Positions 48,001 to 61,084 of a stretch of 64,000 nt of DNA are shown piece after piece; the first letter of the stretch is position 1, and the number at the start of each line of letters is the position of its first letter. The stretch lies in assembly GCA_900088475.1 (NCBI GenBank), contig FLMG01001674.1, forward strand, positions 23,430-87,429, written 5' to 3'. The position numbers and the translations under genes were made by a program. The notes beneath the pieces were generated by a model. The model saw nothing but the letters and a program-made list of their open reading frames with translations, did not search any database and had not been told where the DNA came from. The DNA is from Hyphochytrium catenoides. Taxonomy: Eukaryota > Protista > Hyphochytriomycota.

Positions 48001-48978
48001 CCTTTTCTCTCGGACCCTTGGACCATCCTAGGGACGGGCTCCGCGCTCTGGCGGCGAAGAAGGTTACGCGCAAGAGCGCACTGCGATACGCCTGTGTTTC
48101 ATTCATTAATTCCAGCTGAAGCACCTGACCCGCTCTGTCATATCCCCCCGTTTCACAATCAACATGGGGCTTTCTTGGTTTGAAGGTTTCATCACTGGAG
48201 CTTTCTTTCAATACCGAAAGCTTTCGACGGCTTTGGCTTTGCAATTTTTGTTAAGTTTGTTTCTTTCACAAGGGGTCATCAACAGTCGTTACACTTCTGT
48301 CCATCATCCATCTATTTTTGCTCTCATGTGCCTTTCCCGTCTTTCGGTAGTGCACTTTCTACCCAAGGCTTTGCCAGAACAGCTTGTGCCGCAGCTCCTT
48401 CCAGGTCTTCTGGCTCTCCCCAAGACGTCATTGTAGCAGCTTCTCCACGCAATATTCAAAGTTCCGCTTACCCGGGCGCCGCACTTGTTCTGCCCCTTCT
48501 TCCTTTCAGACATGCTCCTATTCCTCACAGCAGCCTGATCTCGATGCTGGTGTTTGCTGGGCCGGGAGGACGTGAAGAAGAAGGCGGACGAAGTAGGTGA
48601 TGGGGCTATCATGTTGCAACCCCAGCGCTCACAGTGATTGGTTCATCATCTCACTCTGCTATAGCCGGGATCGACTTCTTCCTGAGATAGACATTATATG
48701 TTCTGAAGGACACTTGCTGACTGATGCGGCCGACAGAACGATGAAACAAGGTGCTGGCAAGTTACTCTGAATCTGGAGGGATGACATACAGGTTAAGCAA
48801 CGAAATGTGAACGGGAAGCTTCAGTCTCATCCTCCATTTTTCAAATTATCCTGATGAGCAAGAAGTACTGGCCCTGAGACACGCACGCCACCACCAGGAT
48901 ACTCCAAGCGTAGCAAATAACAACAACGTAGGATCGCTCTTCTTGGTCACTCGACCCCAAGGTACAGAGTCACACACC

Positions 48979-50711
48979 ATGACTGAGTCTGTACTCGACC
49001 GACAAGAGGGGGAAGGCGCTGCGGTCATTAACATCTGTGCCAAAGTACTCATCATTCTGCACTTGGGGCTAACGACGGCCATCATTGTGACCTTTATTAG
49101 CCGGCGTAAGTTCTATCCAATGACTGTGATGCCCATACATTGGCCCATACTGGGGCATCTTAGCACCCCTATTGGTTCCTTCTCCTTCTTGAGCGGCTCC
49201 TTCGATTACCCTTGTATCCGCTTCTTCACCTTCATCCTTCATATGGGAGGTTTTTTCCCGGCAGTCCCTGTCCTCCTTTCCCAGTGCTTCATTCTCTATT
49301 ATACCCATCGTCATCAAGAGAAGCAAATTCTCCTAAATGAGAGCAAGCAACCTACCGCTACCGGTACCAAGAGCCAAGATACAGGATCTGCCAGGAGATC
49401 CACGCTCTCCTTATTGCCAGACTGGGTGCCATACAAGACCAAACGGGAGATTTACGCATGGCTAATCTTTATTGCAGTCACTCTTGTCGTGCTACCGGAG
49501 GGCATTTTAGTGCTTAGCGCATACCGCTTAGCCATAGAGAACCGCGATACTGGTGGGGAAGCGGACCTCTACTTTGACTTTGACAGATGTGCCGCGACCG
49601 CAGCTGACGTGGTAAGAAATGGTGCAGAGACTGCTGTCAACTCCCTCGACCCTGAAACTCCCTTCCTAGTATTTAGCTGCCTATCAGTTCTTATGTGTCC
49701 CTCCTCTTACCTTTGCTCTTTTCCAATCTGCCAAGATTATTTACAGATCAGTTGCGACATTGGCATTGGGCATCCTCGTTATCTCGACGTACTGCAAACT
49801 ACGGAAGGTTAAGGAGGCATTTGACATGAAAAAGCAGTTTATGATTCTAGCTATTTACTCTCTCGCAGTGGCGCTTCCACTCCAGGCTGTAGACGCAATC
49901 TTTGGGGGCCCAAAGCGTGCTTGGCTCCATCCCTTGTACCTCTTCACTTACGCCTTCCTATATATAATTCACCAGTTCAGCTGCGGTATCCTGCCAATCT
50001 GGACATCATTTGTCGAGGAGAGGAGAAGCAAAAGCCGTAGCCTGAGTGCGCTTAGCTCCATTGTGAGAAGCCCTAAGGTTAAATCGACAGTGGAGCTTCG
50101 CTCTATCTTGGCATCAAATTCCCCAGGTTTAACACAGCGGTTCCAAGACTATCTGGTCAAGGAATTCTGCGTAAGCCCCCATTTGTTGTCTCTCCTTCCC
50201 GCTTGTGGGCCATCACTAGTCTTCGTCTCTGATTCTATATCTTGTCCACCAAGGATTCTCTCTCTTTTGCGCAAGAGAATGATAGAGACTGATATATTCC
50301 TGCCTGCTACAGGTTGAGAACCTTCTCTTTTTCAAGGCAGCTTTAGCTTATCGTTCAAGCCTCAGTAAGGAAGCAATGCTTGCATCCGCTAAGAGTATCG
50401 CCGACCAGTTCATGGCTTCAGGGGCTTCCACCGAGGTCAACATAAGCAGCCAATTACGCTTGTCTACCCTCCAAGCTCTATCACAGTTGACAGCGGAAAC
50501 CATCGGCATAGAGTTTTTCTCTAAAGTGGAGCAGGAAGTTCTTAGAATGATGGTGGATCCGTTCAATCGCTTCCTTCTGCGAGAGGGCGTTCTTATACCT
50601 CTCGCGGCATACGGACAACAAGCGGTCGCTCCAGAGGTCGGAGTAGAGTCGGACAGTAAGTTCATTAAAAGAGGGACGGCAGTCCAGTCTGTTTCGGTTA
50701 GACAGCAGTAG
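48979..50711 (+). CDS. 7TM-RGS protein; exons 48979-49611, 49736-50170, 50313-50711
   Basis: Seven hydrophobic segments, loop motif LRKVKEAFDMKKQF, then RGS signature FQDYLVKEFC|VENLLF and QFMASGASTEVNIS. Confidence 0.85.
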
Positions 50712-51983
50712 TGAGCAGTGACGATAGATTATTAATATGAGTACGAGTGGATCCCTCGTCGTACGGTGGCCTGGCTTTCCGATTATGTACACTAGGGCCA
50801 TAGGTTCCCAACTAGTATTTTCTTTTACCTGCAGCAAAGCGCATCCTCCTCGGCCTACTATTCATCAACTCGCCTTCGTAGTATGTTAGAGTCTTGTTGG
50901 AAGTTAGTCGTGGTGCCAATATTAAGGGAATAAGGAGAAAGGAGGAGATAGAGCTATTAATCAAGGTGAAGCTGTGGTGAGAGCTAGTAGTGCTAACTGA
51001 CTGCACGGTGCTCTCCTTGGCGCTGGTGAGATAATAATGACATGGACTAAGAATAGTGACAACCCAACGGTCGGGCTTCACAAGAACCCTCGGCCAGTCA
51101 TCTACTAGATCTACTACCAATGTTCCTCTAGAATACTTCTATGCTATGGCCGCTGTTTTGCCGAGCAGTGTTTCCTTCCACGCGACCGCCTGCAACTACG
51201 TGCTAGCTGGGTTGAAGGGATGTGATGATCTTCATTGCTAAAATCTCGGTCGCTGACACCACTGAGGAGTTTTCTTTATGTGGAAGCGCTTCCTTGGCAG
51301 AATGTAGATAGAGAATGAGGTTAATGAGGATAACTCGTAAGCTGACAGGTGACTGTTAGAGACAGAGATGGATACGTCGATACTGCTGGTTGTCGAGCAC
51401 CGCCTTCGTCAGAGGATTCACTCTCTAATAGACCTTGACTTCGATAATATCGTCTCCCGTCAACTTCCTTCATCAGGGAGGACAACTCGCATTTGCTACT
51501 TCTTCCAAGAACACTAGTAGCTGGCAGCTCCTGTCAGCTCCTGCTTAATGGAAAGGGAGACGGAAGCTGTGGAGGAGTCGATGACGGTAGATGTCTTGGC
51601 ATAACTGGTGAAGTCCGATATAGTGGGAAGAGTGGGTCATAAACAATCTGATGAGTGACAGGCGGGTTGGAAGCTCTTCGAATCAGAATTATGTCTATAA
51701 CTAGGTGGTCTTCGTTGGTAACCCGCTCCACCCCTTCCTTTACATCATTAGTTTATGAGACTCCGAGGTCCTATCGCTTGTCTGCCTTGCGACCTTTTCA
51801 TCTCTTTCCCCCCTCGTTGGAACCTCTCTGGTTAAGGGTGATTATGGGGTAAGCCATAGCTTATAACCTGTAGCGTGTCCTACTATGATGATTGAGGAAG
51901 TATCCATCAAACTGACGATTTATCCGCCCTCCTTTTTATGTCCTCCCTACTAGTAGAGTTTCCTCCTGACCGCTATCAGCAGA

Positions 51984-54425
51984 CTATGGAGCAGGCAAGG
52001 ATATCTCCGGGTGCTGCTTCAAGCAGCGATTGAACGGGTCCAGCAGCATCTTCAAGATTTCCTTCTCAGAGTTCTGCAGCAGCTCATCCGTCGCTTCCAA
52101 TTCTTTCAGCAATACCTTCTCTTTCTCATCGTTCTGGATTCCCATTCCGTCGCCTAAACCACCATCTAACTTCTGTCGCTCTATTGCTGCAAGAGAACCA
52201 ACGAGTGACACTATCTGCGTCCTCAACAGTGCCCGAAGCTTCATCATAATGTTGATCTGATTCAGACTTGTCGTCTCAAGGAACTCCAGTCTCATCTGCT
52301 CCAGCTTCCGAATCTTTTCCGGCGTCGTGGTTAAGCTTCTGTATTGCAACAAGCTCTCAAAAAAGAGGATATTCTCTACAGCGAACTCCTTCACAAGATA
52401 GTCGCGAAAGATTATGCGTGTTTCTGCCGAAGTGAGAATGGCCTTTAGCTCGCCAGTAGCTGCTACCCTCGGCAACTTCCGCTTATGCCCTGCGGAGGAT
52501 GAAGGAGGTGTCATAGTGATGGCAGCCCTTGCTTTTCCTCCTCCTGCGACTGCCGTAGAGGATGCTGCTGCGGCATCTGCCATGTCTGTCGTGGCTACTT
52601 GTGATACTCTATGGACAGATGTGCTCTGGATGGAGGCGCTGCTGCCACTCCTCTGCAGTCGATAGGACAATCTCCAGGGATTGTATCCTACTGAGTAAAC
52701 GAGAAAACTGCAACAAAGGAACCAGCAAATCACCTCCACCATCTTTGTCCAGGCCAGCACTTCGGGAGCAATCATAAATCCGAGAATAGTGTTAAAAGCT
52801 CGAAGTGGAACGCCTGAAAAGAGGTAGACCATTGCGACTCTTCCCCAGTTCTTGGTAATTTGGAACTCCTCTTGTATATGTCTTAGCCGTATCCCGGTGT
52901 AGAGGACAATACTTCCGAGAACGCACTGTAAGACAACTGGGGACCATCGCTTTGTTGAGAGACGATGGGGTCGCGGATACCGATGTTAACCAGAGAGGCG
53001 GAGAAGTAAGCAGGTTAGAAGTTCCATTGAGTCGATCTGGAATAAGTAAAGAACAGAAAGAATGGAAGGAAGGAGATGGGAAATCGAAGAGGCGGTGTAA
53101 AACGATGAACACACATTGAAGGGTAGAGGCTCAGAGGGCACTTAACCGACATTGTAAGCCTTTGGAAGAGGAAGACCCCGGATTCAAAGAGAAGAGAAAA
53201 TAAGCAGCAGCGATCTCAGAATCCTCTATTTATATGTCTTCTGTTTCCGTCTGTCTCTCTGGCACAATGCCTATTTCCTCTTCTGCCCGTTTTACCGTGC
53301 TCATCTTTGGTCCGACTTACCGCAGGCACCCAAACGACTTCACAGTCTGCCCTATTCTCCAGCGGGAAGGCTAAGAAGTCTATGCCTGTGAAGGTTAAGG
53401 CAGGTAGAGCAATGGCGAGAGAGGCCATGATGAACTGTCTGCGCAACTCGAAGGGCTGCAGTACTGTTTTTAGATACATCTCGCCCAGCTTAAAGTCCGA
53501 AGGAGAGGCACGGCCAGCGCGAAAAAGCTGGACATAATAAGCTGCCTGGTTGATAAGAGAATAGCTGCATTAGCTCGAAGCCAAGAAAGATGAGGGCGGA
53601 GGATCGAGAAGCTGATAAATTCAAGGTTACTAGGAGGAAAGGAGGGTGAAGGAGATTAGCTGGTGTTGGGCTATGTAACTCCAAAACTGAGAAGTTGCAG
53701 GAGCGATGTTGACCAAAAGGGGAAGAGCAATAGGAAATTTGATCCTAAGAGAGAGAATGAGGCAGGGAGATGACGAGCTAGGAGAGAGTGGGAGAATTGT
53801 GGAGCGCTAGACCACTGGTTGAAACAAGCAGCAGGGGAAGAGAGGAGCAGGTCAAAGGAAGAAGAAAGAAAAGGCAGGAGCGAGTAGTCAGGGGGCCGCG
53901 AAGGGAGAAAAAATCCGAGATGTCGTAAAGGGGAAAAATATAGGGATGGAGATTAGCACAGAACAAATAAAGGATGAAGAGTAGCGACTCAAGAGAGAGT
54001 ATGAAATCCTAACAAAGACTAGTATAACTTACCTGCACATACCACAAGAGCATAACGACGCCCGGGAAGAAAGGCACCCAACCAATCGAAGAATAGACCC
54101 AAGCCATAAAAAAGAGGCAAGAAGGGTTATAGAACATAGAATCAAAGCAACAAGCCATCATGGTGAAGACTGAGCCCAAGACTGCTGCCGCCTGTAGCCA
54201 GAAGGGGGCGACGTTAAGTGGGAACCGAGTTCTTCTCCGCCACATGAGGACCAGGCTTGGGATCGTCCATATAACTATTAGGACGAAAATGACGATGCTT
54301 ACAGGCGATGAGTATTTCCGGACATTATAAGGAGAGACTGGAGGTGACGGATCGGAGAGGGTAGATGAAGCTGAGGGGCTTTCGTCTTGTCCCCATCTTT
54401 GAGTACCGTTTTTGTAGGAGCTCAT
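51984..54425 (-). CDS. 7TM-RGS protein; exons 54425-54033, 53545-53321, 53159-53147 (microexon), 52936-51984
   Basis: Hydrophobic segments, RRRTRFPL after TM1 (RRKFYPM in the paralogue), LRHIQEEFQITKNW, RGS signature FRDYLVKEFAVENILF, NQINI and LLDPFNR. Confidence 0.83.
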
Positions 54426-55006
54426 ACTTCTTCTGCTCCTTCTCTGACACTCTTTCTATGTTGTGGTCTAGTCTTCTTTTCACGGGGTATGTTGGGAGGT
54501 ATCCGGTTCCTTCAGTGAGTGGCGCTTCGCTCTCTCGCCGTCCTCCTCTCTTCGTCATTTCTTTCTTGGCCTTCTTTCGTTGCTCGTCCAATAGAAAAGA
54601 GTAGCCATCCTGATGAGTACTAAGGAGAAATTCGACAATGAAGCATAGGCGATACCCGAGGGAAGCTTCCGGGGCGGGAACCTGTCCTCATTGGGAGCAG
54701 CAGAGAAAGAAGCTAATAGTACGGAGCAACGGCGCAGGAGACGATTTGTTAATTCAAAAGGGAATGGCAACTCACTTCCATGGATGCCAGTGGAGGGACG
54801 CCTGGGGCCAACAAGTCAGGACCCAACATCCCTTCCGTAGCAGCAGCGGCTACGTAGTGGTGAGCTGCAGGTGGCAAGACAGAAGACTTAGTTCTATGAA
54901 GGAGAGAGCAGAGAAGAGAGAGAAGAGAGAGGAGAGAGAGAAGAGGGAGAAGAGAACGAGGAGAGGAACAGCGGAGGTGGTTACAAGACATCGCGGCTCT
55001 CAAAAT

Positions 55007-55264
55007 TGTAACGGATGCATTCGTCCCCCTCCAGCTTCTTCCTTGCCTTTACGTTTTACGTCAAAGGACCACTGATGACTGCAGCAAACGATCTCGGCTC
55101 TCGGCTGGTTTGATTATAGTGAGGGCTTTTGGGCTTTTGCTGCACAATGTACAAGGACCACTGATTACTGAGCAAACAATCTCGGCTGGTTTGATTATGG
55201 TGAGGGCTTTCTGATGTACAATAGATACTATACTTGTACCGGTTATACCTTGTAAGGCGTTACA
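55007..55264. repeat. Possible solo LTR with an internal ~89-bp tandem duplication (units start 55064 and 55153)
   Basis: Termini TGTAACG...CGTTACA and duplicated aaggaccactgat..ctcggctggtttgattat..gtgagggctttt; no target-site duplication seen. Confidence 0.4.
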
Positions 55265-56570
55265 GTACCAGGACTTGAGTCGAGAGAAGGGGTAGATTGT
55301 AATTCCCCTCTTTTTCTGTGTACATCACGCAACACTGGGGGGAGCCATCCCATTCCAGCAGCGACAAGTCTCCAGAAGAACGCTAATAAACAAGCCTGTA
55401 TGCAACCCCGCTTTCTCTAGCCAACCGAACGGCAGCCAACGCCAAGTCTTCATTCAGCCTGTTGCCTCTCTCTCCCTCTCTACTTTTGCCATATGTGTCT
55501 GTTAGCGAATTCTATGTAGCCGCTTTCCTCCCTACCTTGGCCTTCTTAGGGTCAAGGTTTACCTAATCCCAGCGCTGCTTCACCTCATTCAGTCATCAGT
55601 GCTTCTCTTTCTTCTTCTGTCAGCTTTCTCTTCTTCTATAGCATTCTTCTCTCTCATGTCTCATGTTGTATAGATTGTTTCTATCACTAGAGAATACTTC
55701 CCAGTCCTTTTTTCAACAAGCTAGCTTCCTTTCGTTTTGTCTCTTCCTTCAATCTTCTGATTAGCGTTATTCTGATGTTTATTTCAATTGAGGTGCGGGG
55801 CAGAGTTCCGCGCACCGAGAGAGCCAGCAGAGAGAAAGGAAGAAGGGATCCAGGACGGGGATGTACCAGTGCTGCTACGACATGTAGGAGCATCTCTTCG
55901 CAAGAGAAGAGCAGAGGGGAATGGGCGATACTCGGAACACAAGGCCACAACAAGGCGGTTCTTTTGTTGTTGCTAAGCTTCTAGCAGAAAGCCACGTTTA
56001 ACCTACTTCCTTTTTGTTATATGTGTGTTACCTCCTAGTAGTTCTCCACCCTTACTTCTGACGACTTGAGCATAGGATAGGACCGACTAGCAGGCGAATG
56101 GGACACAGCCCTCACGATTGAGGACAGCCTTCTTACGGTCTAGCGCGCAGGACGGGTAGTCCTAGCAGCCTGAGGCACTGTGTGGCTCTCAGGACATAGA
56201 CTTCTCTTTCTCTTTCCCTCTTCGTTCTTTCTCTTCGATGTCTCTAAGAATAGCGCTTCTATTCTTTCTCCCTTTCATTCTCTCTTCTTATCTCTAGGAT
56301 TCTCAGGTAGATTGCCCTCGCTTCTTAGCAGATTCTCTACTGACTTACGTCATTCATTCAATAAACTTCTCTTTAGAAGAAAGTGTTATTGAGCTCGCAC
56401 GTACGAAGACTTCCTCTGCACGCTTGTCTGAACTGAGGCCTGGCCAGCCAAGGTAACGACAAGCTAACGACTCCGCTGTCTCCTCTCTATTAAGAGCCCG
56501 TCACGACTCTTATATTACACTTTTTCTTTTTCTTTCTCATTTTTTTGAGGATTTTTTGTAGGGAAGGTCG

Positions 56571-59151
56571 GCCTTTATTACTAGAAAAGTTAAGGAGTGA
56601 CTAGTAGACTACTATTTAAAGAGGAAGAGAGATATGAAATATGCACTACTCGAACGAAGAGAAACAAGAGAGACAAGTAGTAGGACAGAAGACAGGGAGG
56701 AGAAAGAAGGGAAGAAGCAAGAGGGAGCTCACCCGGCCACTAAGGGCGGCCGGGGAAGATCCTCAGATAGAGGCGGCGGGTGTGGCGGCGGGAATACCGA
56801 CGGAGAAGAAGCGGCGGAATCCTCGTCCTCACCAATAATGCGCGAGAGAAAAATCCTTGATTCTCCTCTGATGGAGGGGTGACAGCAGGTGGAGAATTTA
56901 AAGCAGCAGGGGCAGTGGTAACATGGTGAGAAAAAAGAAGAGACGAAGGAGAAGACAAAGAAGAAGAGGGAGCAGAAGAAGAGTGAAAAGCAGCAAGAAA
57001 GGGCGCAGAAGGAGTCAACCTTAATAGGATCATTCGAGCGGCTTCCTCATGTAGCGCTCAACAGCGACAGTACGGTTAGCCTGACAGCACAAATTGTGTT
57101 GACAAAGGTCGCAACCGTGGCTGAGCCCCCACCAAAGGACTCCCAAACTAGAGGGAGGAAGTCGATCTGATGGGCCTGGCAAGCGGCCAGGTATCTATGG
57201 CGTTTACGGTCCTCAACCACGGCCATCTGATATCCTGACCGCTCCGCCGCATATCGAAGGGAGTTTTGTTGCAGCGGATGGGTAACAGAGATATCGAAGG
57301 CGGTGACTGGGAAGCGGTTGCCATAGCCAGGAATCGCTAGATCACCAGGGCGGGAGGAGGGAGATCGAGACAGCAAGTGGAGGGGCTCACGAGAACAACG
57401 GAATCCAGCTTCCGACACCGCAGTGCACAGGAGAGAAAGTACTCGATTATGACGGCGGGAGGCGCCCCCACCAGTACGGCAGACCATTGCATGGTCACCA
57501 TAGACATCCATTTCAGGCTTCCTGCAGCTTTCGCAAACAGACGGGGCCTAAAGAAAGGGGGGACCAAGAAAACGGCGAGGCATTGCCCGAAATAGAACAG
57601 GTAATTGAGCCTTATGCAGCAGCGCGCCACAGGGAGGAGCGGCAAGAAGGGCCCCCGCATGTGGGAGCGAAACAGAACGAAGACGGGCCTATAAAGAAGG
57701 AGAAGGAAGAGAAAGAAGACGGAGGTGAGCGCGCTTCCAAAGAAGGGAGCAGGACTTATGCTGTAATTCCTTGACACCAGCAAGCTGGAGGAAGCCGTGG
57801 CGCTCCTCTGACTCCTCCGGCAACCCTAAGTCATGATAGAGGGAACGAAGAGAGCCTCAACCGCCGCAGGTGGGTTGGCAAGTTGATGAGGAGGCAAACC
57901 CAATAATGCCGACACAAGTTCATAAGAAAGCGCAAGGGAACTTAGATAAGCAGGACGAGAGATAACAGGAAGAAGACCCAGACCACCAAGCCTGATCGGA
58001 AGAGAAGCCTGCTCCCATGCAGAATCGGGAATGGGAACCGAGGAGTCCCAAACCAGGAGACGACCTAAAAACTGTCTAGAGCGCAGGTCAAAATCAGGCA
58101 ATTGACAAGCCAGAAGAACCGGGGCACAAGTGCGGACGAGGTGGTTGATCTTTACTACGCTCAGGCAGCCTCTAAAGATGGCAAGACGAACTTGGAGGTC
58201 TTCAACTGATCAAGAAGAGAATCAATAGAAAGGAGGCGAGCTAAGAGGGAAGACAAGAAGGAAGAAACTAAGGCTGGGGAGCCGATAGGAGCCCCAAGGA
58301 GCACTACTCCAGACGGAGAGACACGTTTAATAGCCGGAGGAAAGTCTTCTAAAGCCGAGGTTCGGGAAGGCACATTTCCCAAGGTTCAAAGAGAGACCAA
58401 GGGAAGGGGAGAGATCGTTGATGAGCTTAAGGGCCTGAAGAACAGAAGCATGGCGTATTATTAAGGTGCCATCATCAAGATACCAAGTATGCAAGAGGAG
58501 GTCAGGAGCTACCTCCCGCAATTTGGTAACCAAGGGCTGCAGAGCGAGAGAGAACAGAAGAGCACCCAAAGGATCACCCTGCTGGACCCCGGAGGAGCTA
58601 GAGAGACGGAAGGGGCCATGAAAAACATGGGACGACTGGCCGTAACAGAACCTCACCCAGGGATAGAGAGAAGGGAAGTGGAGGCGGACCTGACCCAGAA
58701 GAACCGATCTACTGACACAATTGAAGTCATTAGAGAAGTCCACCTTGAGCATAACGATATCTCGATCGTTATGTCATCCACCACTCGTCTCACCGCATGA
58801 ACAACGGCCTCCGATCCCGCACGCAAAGCCACCCCAATTTGGACAGGAGAGAGATAATCACTGACATCGGTCTGTACCTTGGCATAGCAGCACTTGGCAG
58901 TCAACCGCCGAAAAGTCTCGCCAACGGCTATAGGTCTTACACCTCCCGTGTCCTTCCGGAGTCCATAGAGAGGGGCACTGGCTAAGAACGGGGCCACTTC
59001 CTGGAGAGCACGACCTGAAACCAAGAACTCAACAAAAGAGGCGTACTGGAGAGAAAAGCCTTCTGGACCTCTGGAGAAGGACAGTTAAGAAGGTCTTTCA
59101 AGTGCTGAGGACGTAGCCGAGAGGCACCACCTGCGGACTTTCTTCGGTTCA
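56571..59151 (-). mobile_element. 5'-truncated, frameshifted CRE-clade non-LTR retrotransposon (RT plus restriction-like endonuclease), copy A
   Basis: SAGGASRLRPQHLKD, GVRPIAVGE, KVDFSN, GVQQGDPLG, WYLDDG, LGAPIG, LPIRLGGLG, DHAMVC..RRHN, RPGDL..AFD and FLPLVWESFG; 3' motif with AATAAA and an A-rich tail on the minus strand. Confidence 0.88.
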
Positions 59152-59154
59152 TGT

Positions 59155-61082
59155 GGCCTTTATTACTAGAAAAGATTAAGGAGAGACTAGTAGACTACTG
59201 TTTCTTGAATATAACATCTCTTATGAAGAACTACTACTATGGCTACTAACAGACTAATTCTAGAAGAAGAAGAAGTGAAGAAGAAGAGGCAGAAGAAGAA
59301 GAGAAGAAAAGCTAAGAAGCCATAGGCTCTTCCATCATCTCAGCTCGAAACTGCTCCCTGCTCATCATCAGTAAAAGAAGAATCATAGTTGATTTCCTCA
59401 GTAATGATGAGCGGAGACGAAGGAGAAGGAAGAGGTGAACCATCAGCAACCAGGTCATCATCAGCAATCATGTCATCACCAGCAATCATGTCAGATCATC
59501 ACCGTCGAACTCAGCGTCGCGAGACAAGCAAGAGAAGAGTCCAGCTGTTCAGGAGGAATGCGCTTCAAGATTTGAAGTGCATTTTCTTCGTGAATGGCCA
59601 AACACACTCGCGTATGAAGGCGTAGGCCCATAGCTAAGCGAGACCAAGGACCAAAATGCCGAGAACCATCAAGAGCGGAGCGGTCACATTGAAGCTTCAC
59701 CAGGTGTTCCACACAATCAATGACGCCTTGCATAGCTCCCCCAAACGACTCCCAGACGAGCGGAATAAACTGCAGCCCTACAGGTTACAAGGAACCTCAT
59801 ACTTCTTTAGCTTCACTTTCTCAGACAAACGGCCTCTATAGCCAGCGTGGACTGCTGCATAGGAAAGGGTTCCAGATTGCAGCGAGTCCGTGATGGACAC
59901 ATCGAAAGCCGTGTGTTGATAAGAGTCCGAGAAGCCACGAACCAACAGGTCTCCCGATTTCAGATTTGACCCTGCTGGAAGGAGATGACGAGGTTCACGA
60001 GAGACTTTGAGGCCAGAGTCCCGAAAAGCATGAAATAGAAGGTCTTGAAAACGACGATGACGCTGATTAGCACCACCACCGCGGCGACAGACGATACCAT
60101 GATCTCCAAAGACATCCATTGGGCAAGAGCAGGTCTGACAAGAAAGGGAGAGAGAAGACCGCACAAGAGGAATTCCTAAGAAGCGCCACAGCATGACCCG
60201 GAACACCAAAGGGGAGGAAACCCTCAACTGCAGCCAGGGAATAGGAGCAGCCCCCCGGAGAAAAGCCCCGGCATGTGGGAGAGAAGTAGCACGTAAGCGA
60301 GCCCTTGCGCGCAGATCCTGGTCACCACGAGACAACAGGGCCTTGGCCAAGGCCGACCAAACAAACCGAGACAAGTAGTGCTGAAGTTTAGTCTCTTCTC
60401 GAGAGATGAGACGAGAGAAGGGCACACGCACTTCCACGTCAGTGACTTCAAGCGTATTCCAGAAGCCGTCGAACAAGTCGTCAGCTAACCGAGGGGAGTA
60501 AACCTCGGCGTCCGGCATGCGTAGCGGGTGCTTGATTAACTGGGCCGAGGCACCCAAGGACCCAATGTAAGCAGGAATCGCCAGGCATACGGCTGGCGCA
60601 ATTGGAAAGCTCGTAGGCGGAGGTTGAAGCTAGAGCACAGAGAGGTAACTTCAGGAGACGGACAGCCGCGAAGCACGTGGTTAATCTTGGCAAATCCGAG
60701 ACAACCGCGAAACAGACAAAGTTGGGTCTGAGGAGAAGACACAAAATTAAGCATCGCATCGACAGCATCCAGACGGGAGAGGACAGAAGAAGACGCATAC
60801 GAAGAGACAAAGGGGTCGGAACCAATGGGAACACCTAATAGTTCGACGCCATCCACACCTACTAGGCAGACCGCCGCAGGGAAAAGCGGAAGACGCACCT
60901 GGTCCATACTAGGCCACCATAGTTCGCACTTGCCAAGGTTCAGCCCCAAGCCAATGTATGGGCTACGTTAGTTCTTGAAGAATGGCAAAGGCCGCGGCGA
61001 CATCCTCGACTGAGCCGATGAGAGTGCCATCATCAAGATACCATGCATGAAGGTCCAGAGAAGGAACAGACGCAGCAATAAT
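59155..61082 (-). mobile_element. 5'-truncated CRE-clade element, copy B
   Basis: Begins just upstream of LHAWYLDDG; GLNLGKCE, LLGVPIG, CQTCSCPMDVFGDHGIVC..RH and GDLLV..AFDVS; shares the 3'-terminal motif with copy A. Confidence 0.85.
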
Positions 61083-61084
61083 AT

